From positions 4,507-68,506 of the forward strand of contig JAFNIX010000004.1 of NCBI GenBank assembly GCA_017601225.1: DNA of 64,000 nucleotides, given 5' to 3'. Positions 9,237-17,042 of this stretch are shown here, piece by piece. This DNA is from Candidatus Brockarchaeota archaeon (lineage in GTDB: Archaea > Thermoproteota > EX4484-205 > JAAOZP01). The notes below the pieces were generated by a model. It ran no database searches and was not told the DNA's origin. It saw only the letters and a list, made by a program, of their open reading frames with translations. Position numbers and translations under genes: made by a program. Numbering within the stretch: position 1 is the first letter of the stretch; each line of letters begins with the position of its first letter.

Positions 9237-10664
9237 CTAGAAAGACAGCAATACTTGCCAGATGAACAAGTATCCTAGTGATTCGATTTCCTCCCAGACT
9301 CTTCTAAAGAGTCCCTCATCTCCAGAGATTGCTTCAATCTCTCTGCGTTTCTCATCCCAAGGTATGCACACTCCCGGTTTTAACTTTTGACTCTTAAGCC
9401 TTGGTACATGTTTCTCCTCAACAGCTTTCTCATCCAGCTGTGGATTTTTCGAACATTCAGAGCCCCTGTCTTCGTATTTTCCGTAGCTACGTGTAAACTC
9501 AGTCATAGCCTTAACGTTTTCAACCTTAGCATCATTCTGAATTATGGCTGACGCATCCATTATGTATCCGCCTTCTGAAGCAATACTGTCAATGATTTTC
9601 TTACAATAGCGATGCACCTCATCAGGCGTTCCCAGAGTAAGCAGCCAGTTGGGCAGGCCCCCGCTCAGACAGAACTTATGTCCAAGTTTCCTATGCGTCT
9701 CAAAAATATTGCTCCTGTCAATATGGAAGATTATGCTGCCCTCCGGCAATTCGGCAAAGCTATCCAGGTGCGGCGTCCAGTCTCCCTCAGCATAGAAAAG
9801 CACCCTGAGCCCGTTAGACCAGAGTTCCTCTATAATGGGTCTCAGTGTGCGCCAGTGGATTTTTTCAAAATGATCCATACTGATGAAAGGTATGGCGCTG
9901 CGATGCATCCAGAAGCCTATTGGAACCTTTTTCTCCGGGTCGGCAGTCATGCGGGCAACTTGAGTCAAATGCGGGGCTAGGGCTTCACATGCCTCAAGCA
10001 CTTTCTCAGGCTGCCTATGAAGATCCTTAGCTAAACCAATATATCCGCGAAGCTTATCTGCAATAATGTCAAGCGGGGCCTTGAGAATGCCCGCTATTGC
10101 GGAGACGGTTCCAGCCTCCCTCCTCATTCTTTCAACCTGAGGCCCGAAAGCGTTAAAATAATCGCTCATTGCCATAGCTCCTTTCACAAGAGCAAGCATG
10201 CTCCGATACGAGGATTGAAGAGCGTTTCCAGAAATCTCGCTGGAGACACGGGGCAACCAGACCGTGTAAAGAAACTCCGTAGGATCATCTATCAAAAGGT
10301 TATACTCTTCAGGCTTCATGAACGCTTTCTGCTCAGGTGGCTCAAGATACTGAAACGCGGTGTCGGGAGGAATGTCGATACCGGGTATAGCGTAGTATTT
10401 CAGGCCAAGGGCCTGTGTAAGCCCCGTCCAAACATAAACCATGTTGGCGACCATCGCATCCCAGTCGAAATCCCTAGCGCACTTCAAAACCGCGTCAAAA
10501 GCCTTCCTGTAATCATGCGTAACCTCTTGACAAGTGTAGCCCGCATACTTTGCAGTAAACTCTGCTACAAAGGGTCGAATCGGAATTCGATCGGGTTTCT
10601 CGTTGCGCATAGCGGTCAAGTAGCGTTTCAACCGCTCTTGGTAAAGATACTCTTTTTCACCCAT
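9237..10664 (-). CDS. Uroporphyrinogen-decarboxylase-like (URO-D/MtaA superfamily) protein with C-terminal extension
   Basis: ORF 9237..10700. The N-terminal block RYLTAMRNEKPDRIPIRPFVAEFTAKYAGYTCQEV is typical of URO-D-like proteins. The internal ATG at 10664 is preceded by a GGAGGAGGGGG purine tract and was chosen as the start. The MtaA H-x-C zinc motif is absent (YAEGD in its place). Confidence 0.6.
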   Translation of the reverse strand: MGEKEYLYQERLKRYLTAMRNEKPDRIPIRPFVAEFTAKYAGYTCQEVTHDYRKAFDAVLKCARDFDWDAMVANMVYVWTGLTQALGLKYYAIPGIDIPPDTAFQYLEPPEQKAFMKPEEYNLLIDDPTEFLYTVWLPRVSSEISGNALQSSYRSMLALVKGAMAMSDYFNAFGPQVERMRREAGTVSAIAGILKAPLDIIADKLRGYIGLAKDLHRQPEKVLEACEALAPHLTQVARMTADPEKKVPIGFWMHRSAIPFISMDHFEKIHWRTLRPIIEELWSNGLRVLFYAEGDWTPHLDSFAELPEGSIIFHIDRSNIFETHRKLGHKFCLSGGLPNWLLTLGTPDEVHRYCKKIIDSIASEGGYIMDASAIIQNDAKVENVKAMTEFTRSYGKYEDRGSECSKNPQLDEKAVEEKHVPRLKSQKLKPGVCIPWDEKRREIEAISGDEGLFRRVWEEIESLGYLFIWQVLLSF

Positions 10665-10829
10665 CCCGCCCCCTCCTCCGCCTAATATTAGGTAGAGCAT
10701 TATCCTTAAATGTTTACCTAAGCTTAGAAAAGCAGCATCATCCTCTTTGCAATTTATGTTGAAAACATTAGCAGCTAGAAGCTTCGGAAAGATTAATATC
10801 CTTTAAGGGTCTTTAACACGAGATGGACG

Positions 10830-11660
10830 ATGGGGAGTCTCAAGATAGGTTTAGCATTATGGTCGCTAGGGCCAACTAGGAACGAGACCGAGTTTAAGAC
10901 TGCTCTTGAAACAGCTAGAGGAATCGGTATTCAGGGTGTTCAACTCTGGTGCGTCGACTACTCCCCCTCGGAACCCTGCATTCTTGATCCAGACAGATGC
11001 GTAGGAAGTGAAAGAAGAAGGATTAAGGAGATTGTGGAATCATATGGGCTTAACATAACGGGGTTCTGCGCTCAACTCACTGGACCCATGGATCCCGGCA
11101 TGCCGTGGCCTGGTTCCGCTCTCGGCGATCCAAGGGACCTTGAAAACAGGATTGAAAAAACCATGAGGGCTCTGGAGCTTGCCTCAGACATGGGCTCCGC
11201 AATAGTCACAACTCACCCCGGCGAAATACCTTCAGACAGGTCAAGTAAAAAGTATGCGAACATGCTTAACTCCTGCAAGAAGCTGGCGAGATACGCTGAG
11301 CAGGTTGGAGCAGTGTTTTGCATAGAGACTGGGCAGGAGAGGGCTGAAATTCTTAGACGTCTCCTCGAAGATGTGGGGAGTGAAGGGTTAAAGGTAAACT
11401 ATGATCCTGCAAATATGCTTAAATATGGCGTGGTTGAGGGTGTTAGAATCCTGGCCCCATGGATTGTGCATACCCATGCTAAGGACTATAACCCCGTTAC
11501 AAGACGTGCAACAGTCGGCGAAGGCCTAGTGCCTTGGGACGAATACATAAGCACGCTTAAATCAGTAAACTATTCAGGATGGTTTGCAATCGAGGATGAA
11601 ACAGGCATAGATGTTGTAGAGTCTATTAAACGGGGTAAAGCATTCTTGGAAAAATACTGA
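10830..11660 (+). CDS. Sugar phosphate isomerase/epimerase (xylose isomerase-like TIM barrel)
   Basis: 276 aa. The motifs IETGQE, NYDPANM and HTHAKD match the AP endonuclease 2/xylose isomerase-like TIM-barrel pattern. Confidence 0.7.
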   Translation: MGSLKIGLALWSLGPTRNETEFKTALETARGIGIQGVQLWCVDYSPSEPCILDPDRCVGSERRRIKEIVESYGLNITGFCAQLTGPMDPGMPWPGSALGDPRDLENRIEKTMRALELASDMGSAIVTTHPGEIPSDRSSKKYANMLNSCKKLARYAEQVGAVFCIETGQERAEILRRLLEDVGSEGLKVNYDPANMLKYGVVEGVRILAPWIVHTHAKDYNPVTRRATVGEGLVPWDEYISTLKSVNYSGWFAIEDETGIDVVESIKRGKAFLEKY

Positions 11661-11723
11661 TAGCTGCACGCTCATCGCCCTCAGACGTGTAACGCTGTTC
11701 ACAGCGAACTCGTCCATGTCTTT

Positions 11724-12866
11724 TTAGAAGGTTGACGAAACCCTCAGCCTACTGCCTGTTCTCGAAGACTGTATCGACTTTATCATTATTTCGCTTACAT
11801 GCATGCCCCATTTTAGACTCGGCAGGGGCTCCTTATCGTTCAATATGCAGTCGAAAAAGTGTTCCGTGGAAGCCCTATAATAGTTCCAAGGCGGAAAGTC
11901 CTCCTTGGGTATGCAGTACCAGCCATCTGGCAAGTAATACTTGCTATCCTTGCGCTTCGTCATGACAGATATTGCCGCCGGCCCGCCTACGAGTAGAGCA
12001 CCCTCGCTACCATATATCTCTATGTCAGGCATATTCCCAACACCTGTCCTGAGGCCGTCAGGAGTTACGAAGTTCGCGATGACACACCCCAGGCTTCCGC
12101 TTCTCATATTGAGCAGTGTAAACGTGTTGTCCTCAGCCTCCATCTTTATCCGTTTAGTTGGCTTCGCGGCTGCTAGCTTCGGCCAGAAGGATTCGTAAGG
12201 CTTATGGGAGAGATGATCGGTGAAAAACTCATCGGGCACGATGAATCTGTCCGGTATAGATAGCTTCGCCATGCCTGCCACTGACGAGGCGGGGCCTAGG
12301 AGGAAGGTTAGTGCGGCTATCTGGTATACGCCGAGGTCAAAAAGCGGGCCTCCGGCTTGCCTTGTGAAAAAGGTTTCCTCACCCCAGCTTGGTGCTCCCC
12401 TCCCCAGCCCGGCTCTAAACCAGTAAACCTCTCCTATTGTTCCCTCCTCCAGAATGCTTTTAACCTTCAAGTATAATGGGTTCATCTGAACATTAGGCTC
12501 TACAAGCGCCTTGACACCGGCTTTCTTAACCGCGTTGAACACTTTTCTCAAATCCCTCATGCTAGTGGCCAACGGTTTCTGAACCAAGACGTGTTTCCCA
12601 GCCTTCGCCGCCCTCGCCGCATGATCAGCATGCATACCCATGCCTGAAAGTATGAAAACAGCGTCTATATCTGATTTCCTCAGCATCTCCTCGACATCGG
12701 TATAGTATTCTTTAGCACCCCATAGCTCCATGCTTCTTCTAGCTCTCTCCTTAATCCTGTCGCATGTTGCAACCAGCTCGCCCTTCTCAACTATGGCTGG
12801 GAAATAGGCTTCATTAGCAATAACGCCACACCCTACAACACCACACTTCACCCTCTTATCCCCCAT
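11724..12866 (-). CDS. Gfo/Idh/MocA family NAD(P)-dependent oxidoreductase
   Basis: ORF 11724..12875. It has the N-terminal Rossmann motif KCGVVGCGVIANEAY and the family-typical HVLVQKPLA motif. The ATG at 12866 is preceded by a GGTGAGGAG purine tract. Confidence 0.8.
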   Translation of the reverse strand: MGDKRVKCGVVGCGVIANEAYFPAIVEKGELVATCDRIKERARRSMELWGAKEYYTDVEEMLRKSDIDAVFILSGMGMHADHAARAAKAGKHVLVQKPLATSMRDLRKVFNAVKKAGVKALVEPNVQMNPLYLKVKSILEEGTIGEVYWFRAGLGRGAPSWGEETFFTRQAGGPLFDLGVYQIAALTFLLGPASSVAGMAKLSIPDRFIVPDEFFTDHLSHKPYESFWPKLAAAKPTKRIKMEAEDNTFTLLNMRSGSLGCVIANFVTPDGLRTGVGNMPDIEIYGSEGALLVGGPAAISVMTKRKDSKYYLPDGWYCIPKEDFPPWNYYRASTEHFFDCILNDKEPLPSLKWGMHVSEIMIKSIQSSRTGSRLRVSSTF

Positions 12867-13003
12867 TCTCCTCACCTTTCACATGACAATATGGAGGATT
12901 TATTTAAAGCTATATAGTTATTGGCGGCAAGAGTTTAAAACCTTTTCACTCCTTTAGATACAGTATTAAAAATTTAAGTAGAATCCTGAAATAGAGGAAT
13001 CCG

Positions 13004-13732
13004 ATGAAGGTAAAGTATGAGGAAATGACTCCGAAAGAGTTTCTGGAGGCGGTTGAAAAGATGCCTGTTTTCATAGTTCCAACAGGTCTTCTCGAATGGC
13101 ACGGCGACCATCTTCCTCTCGGACAGGATGCGTTGAAAGCCTACGGCATATGTCTACGGGTTGCCGAAAAGCTTGGAGGAGGAATTGTTCTTCCTCCCAA
13201 CTATTGGGGAAGACCAGGCTTTTCAACATACGTTGGAACCCTAACCTTCAGCGACGGGTTGATTCGAACACTCTTCTGGGAACTGTTTGAACAATTGAGG
13301 AAGGTTGGGGCGAAGCTGGTGCTCGTTGTTACGGGCCACTATGGTCCCTGCCAAGTAGACTGTCTAAAAGGGGTGGCAGAGGATTTCAACAGGTGCCACC
13401 CAGATGTCTATGTTATCGTCCAACCAGAATACGAGGGTATCGAGATTGATGGAGAAGTACCCGCGGACCACGCGGGCAAGTGGGAGACATCAATGTTCTG
13501 GCACATGTATCCTCAGCTTACAGTACTCGAGGAATTCAAGCCGGGGAGGATCAAGGTGCACACTTATCCTGATGCTCCGTACAACTATTATCGTGAAAGC
13601 CCGGTTTGGGAGTGGAGGGAGGATATAAGGATTGTTTCCTCCCCGGAGCTTGGAAGAAAGGCTGTAGACATCATTGTAGACAACCTGGTTAAACTAGTTA
13701 AACAGAAGCTGGAGGAGCTGAAAAGACTCTGA
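13004..13732 (+). CDS. Creatininase-family amidohydrolase
   Basis: 242 aa. The motifs GLLEWHGDHLPLGQD, VVTGHYGP and DHAGKWETS fit the creatininase/ArfB/MftE family metal-site motifs. Confidence 0.7.
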   Translation: MKVKYEEMTPKEFLEAVEKMPVFIVPTGLLEWHGDHLPLGQDALKAYGICLRVAEKLGGGIVLPPNYWGRPGFSTYVGTLTFSDGLIRTLFWELFEQLRKVGAKLVLVVTGHYGPCQVDCLKGVAEDFNRCHPDVYVIVQPEYEGIEIDGEVPADHAGKWETSMFWHMYPQLTVLEEFKPGRIKVHTYPDAPYNYYRESPVWEWREDIRIVSSPELGRKAVDIIVDNLVKLVKQKLEELKRL

Positions 13733-14073
13733 GACCGCTAAGTTCTTCCTATTCCAAAGATGATTATGAGGCATGCTAAGAACATTAGGGAAGCCATAGC
13801 GCGCTAAACCCGGAGCAGTATGAAAAGTATGTTGTAGATAAAGATGACGAGCAAGGGACTGAGGCGAGTTTCCCTGCAACATTTCCTCTTGACAGGTCTC
13901 GCTCTCCTTAAACTGTGGATATAAGCATTTGAAATCCAGGTAAAGTCGTCGAGAACATTTTGACAGAACGGCCACCTATATCATATTAGACGTATTAAAC
14001 TTTAACAACCTAAGACTGCTGAAAACGGTTTGAGCAGCTGATTTCTGTTGTTTAATGTATAAGCAACACTACC

Positions 14074-15123
14074 TTAATTCGTATTGTTTTTCTCCATCCT
14101 TAGGATTGATGTTATCTGAGAAATATCAAATTTTGGTGTTCCATCAACATAGCAGAGGCCGAAGCATGCGTGAACAGGGCTGTTTTCGCTTTTTATTTTC
14201 CTATGAAACGGGTTATCCCGCCACTCATATATGAATACACCATGTATTCTACCCGAATAATCCCTGTTCACCCTACTTATTAGTTCAGATAATTGCAGAT
14301 AGACTTTCATAAAGTTGGAGGGATCCTGAATTGGAATTATCTTTCTTCCGTCCCGGGTCTCAATATTGGGTGTTCTCCCGTCCTTTTTTGCCTTTACAAT
14401 CTTAAAGCCTATGCCAGCATGAAGCCCAGTCTCGCTAATTATAAGTGGCTTATCGTATTTTTCAAGCTCGTTTAAAAGGCTGCGGAGCATAAACTCAAAC
14501 CTTGCAAGCCTCAAATTAGCTTCCCTCGGACTTGTGAGAAACCTCTTATTGTGTTCAAACGCGTCCAGGGTAAACCAGTCTTTTGCTTCCATAGGATAAC
14601 AGTTAATGGAGTACACGTCTGCTGCCTCAATAATTGGCACAACCCATTCCTTTATTTTGCCTTCGGCATCTAAACCAAATCCCTCCATAGCGTAAGTAAC
14701 AGGCGTATTGAACCCGTGTTCCTGAATAAGTTTTCTGGCTGCAGTAATCAGGTTTGAAATGGCGAATGCTAGTCTTCCCGTAAACCTCCAGTTAGGCGGT
14801 TCACCCTTCGTGTACTCTCTAAGCTCGTTTCCTAGACATATTGCAGTTAAAGGGATGTTCAATTCATGCGTACCAAGGATATGCTCCTGCTTAAGTTCAC
14901 TATGCCAGTCTTTTAGAAGATTTTCAGAGTTTACGTGTATCCCTGCATACAAACTCATATTCAGCTTCTTTATTATTCCTGCGATTCTTTGGGAATGCTC
15001 ATAGTTGTAGGTTCTGACCGCGTTAATACCCATCTTCGCAGCCTCGCTAAAACCCGAGTTCTCAATCCTTCTGACACCGGAAGGGTGGAACCATGCACCG
15101 ATAATCATGTTTCTACACCACAA
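14074..15123 (-). CDS. Clan GH-A (beta/alpha)8 glycoside hydrolase, family unassigned
   Basis: 349 aa. CLGNELRE is a candidate acid/base motif and LIISETGLH a candidate nucleophile motif, spaced as in clan GH-A enzymes. The gene lies 41 nt downstream of module gene A1 on the same strand. The start may instead be the internal ATG at 15108. Confidence 0.5.
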   Translation of the reverse strand: MWCRNMIIGAWFHPSGVRRIENSGFSEAAKMGINAVRTYNYEHSQRIAGIIKKLNMSLYAGIHVNSENLLKDWHSELKQEHILGTHELNIPLTAICLGNELREYTKGEPPNWRFTGRLAFAISNLITAARKLIQEHGFNTPVTYAMEGFGLDAEGKIKEWVVPIIEAADVYSINCYPMEAKDWFTLDAFEHNKRFLTSPREANLRLARFEFMLRSLLNELEKYDKPLIISETGLHAGIGFKIVKAKKDGRTPNIETRDGRKIIPIQDPSNFMKVYLQLSELISRVNRDYSGRIHGVFIYEWRDNPFHRKIKSENSPVHACFGLCYVDGTPKFDISQITSILRMEKNNTN

Positions 15124-15164
15124 GTAAATGTATTCAATAAACTAACTTAAAAATATTTTGTAAA

Positions 15165-17042
15165 CTAATATGGAAGTATCCACATGTTTTTCAAAATCAA
15201 ACCGATAGCCACGCTAATCGTTATAATTAAACCAACCCCTAGGGAGATCCCGGCAACTATCGAATTCCTATAGCGTGACCAGAAGTCTCGCCCTATTCTT
15301 TTTTCAACCAGCTTTCCGATAATCATTCCTATCAGTAGGGAAACGGAGTAGGGTAATGGTTGCGCCGCGCCCGCAGACAGAGCTATGACAGGAATGCTTA
15401 GGCGCGTCACCTCGGAGACGGCGAAAACAATAAGGCCAATCACGAAGAATCCGGCTACGAGAAGCGGGTTTAGCAGGCCAGCAGCCCCCCCTGAAGCGAA
15501 CAGGCGGAGCCATCTGGCCTGAATCGGCCAGTAAATATTCGTACCAGGGTAAACGTTAGACGGCATTGGCGCGATGTTCCAGAAGGCAGACACGTAGATG
15601 AAGCCAACCAGCCAGACTATTGGGAAAACCAGGAAGTATGTCTTATACATGGTTTTTGAAGGAGTGTTGCAAAGTTGACCGATCTTCATGAAGTAGCAAA
15701 AATCAGCCCCAAAAGTAGTGATAATAAGTGGACCGAACCATATTCTGGTATCATTAAACCCTGTTGCACCCATGTATGCTAGAAACGCCCCCTCCTTAAG
15801 GTATGGAACATCCTGCTTAAAACCAACGATCCCATAGGATCTCGTGCCCACTAAAGTGTATATGAATGACCATCCGGATGAAAGAGCAAGAAGCAAAAGT
15901 AGAAAAGTAACCGGGAGACCAGGTATAAGGTAGGCGAAAAGAGCAACCGACCCAACGGTTGAGCCGAAGAACAGTGCTAGAAGAAACCATAATGGGTAAT
16001 TGTCAACACCCTTGCCGACCCTTATTCTCAAGAGGCTTTTTAGAGAGTTAATGAAAATTTGAGGATTTCTTAATATTGGGAGGATGCCTGCAGCTATGGC
16101 TAAGCCTATTATTGGGCTTACCCAAAGCTCGAAAAGCGAATGCTGGTATATTGTTGAAAGAGAGGAGCCGGGAGACCAATAGCTGAACAGCCCCCTAAGG
16201 GCCGGCAACGGTGATTCGGAACTGGTGAGAAAACATCCGAAGAAGTAGAAAGCCATTCCGCTTGCAAACAAGGTTAAGACGACGCTTACTGGAAGTATGA
16301 ACCCTGTCGCGATGCTTATTATATCAGTCGCAACGCCGAACGAAGCACCAGGTAGAAACGGCTCTATTCTGCTAGTAAGATCAACCCATGGAATTGGGAT
16401 AGTCGTATAACCCATTACTAGCGCCGGCAAATAGACCAGAAGCCCATAGACGAAACCCAGCGCCGCAGAAAGTGTGAAAATCCTGGTTCTCCTAGGATCA
16501 GTTCTCTCTGAAAGAGTCAGGATTGCATCAGCCCCTACTTGAGCCGTTGGAAACGGCAGATCCTCAACCTCGATGAACATGCTTTTCGCAATGAAAGCCA
16601 TAGACATATCTGCAAGTTTCCAAAGTAGTCCTCCTATGAGAGATATGAGAATAGGCGGAATGAAGCCAGGGGAGAAAAACGTTCTGTAGATAAAGAGATT
16701 TGTCTCTGGAGAAGGAGCCCACCAATCCGGTATGTTCAACCCATAGGCATATGGGCTAGTCCTGAACCAAGTGGCGTATATCCACTGTATGCTTATAACC
16801 TCGAAGCAGATTTGATGCCCCATCATCCATATTAGGAATGCCTCTTGCCTGCTTAACGGGTGTCCAGCCAAAAATCCGAGTTCAACAGCAAACAGGAGCA
16901 GAGTATACTGGATCCCGGAGCTAAGGCTACCGCCGCTGTAAAGCTGGTACCATATTGCCGCCGGCAAAAGAACCACTATGCCGTAGAGTATCACTAAAAA
17001 CGATCTCCAGGTTAACCCTGAGACGCCTTTAGCACTATTCAT
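15165..17042 (-). CDS. Module protein A1: large polytopic membrane protein (OPT-superfamily-like transporter candidate)
   Basis: ORF 15165..17099. It is hydrophobic throughout, with at least 12 predicted TM segments. It carries the motif FIEVEDLPFPTAQVGADAIL. The ATG at 17042 overlaps the stop of the upstream 1520 aa gene (ATGAATAG). It aligns along its full length with the 639 aa ORF at 53171..55090. Confidence 0.6.
   Translation of the reverse strand: MNSAKGVSGLTWRSFLVILYGIVVLLPAAIWYQLYSGGSLSSGIQYTLLLFAVELGFLAGHPLSRQEAFLIWMMGHQICFEVISIQWIYATWFRTSPYAYGLNIPDWWAPSPETNLFIYRTFFSPGFIPPILISLIGGLLWKLADMSMAFIAKSMFIEVEDLPFPTAQVGADAILTLSERTDPRRTRIFTLSAALGFVYGLLVYLPALVMGYTTIPIPWVDLTSRIEPFLPGASFGVATDIISIATGFILPVSVVLTLFASGMAFYFFGCFLTSSESPLPALRGLFSYWSPGSSLSTIYQHSLFELWVSPIIGLAIAAGILPILRNPQIFINSLKSLLRIRVGKGVDNYPLWFLLALFFGSTVGSVALFAYLIPGLPVTFLLLLLALSSGWSFIYTLVGTRSYGIVGFKQDVPYLKEGAFLAYMGATGFNDTRIWFGPLIITTFGADFCYFMKIGQLCNTPSKTMYKTYFLVFPIVWLVGFIYVSAFWNIAPMPSNVYPGTNIYWPIQARWLRLFASGGAAGLLNPLLVAGFFVIGLIVFAVSEVTRLSIPVIALSAGAAQPLPYSVSLLIGMIIGKLVEKRIGRDFWSRYRNSIVAGISLGVGLIITISVAIGLILKNMWILPY

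Noticed and set aside
9612-10685. Plus-strand ORFs of 122 aa and 156 aa opposite the URO-D-like gene.
   Set aside because: They are antisense to a CDS with clear family motifs. They have no motifs of their own and no plausible promoter or spacing.
13843-13862. Possible C/D-box sRNA elements (GATGACGA ... CTGA) in the same gap.
   Set aside because: The C-box match is imperfect (AGAUGAC versus RUGAUGA). The boxes are only about 8 nt apart. I could find no terminal stem or second box pair. The match is most likely chance.
13694-13975. 93 aa minus-strand ORF in the 340-nt convergent gap between the creatininase and GH-A genes.
   Set aside because: It overlaps the 3' end of the creatininase gene. 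Its composition is Cys/His/Gln-rich with no motifs. No promoter-like element is placed appropriately. I treat it as non-coding 3' intergenic DNA.
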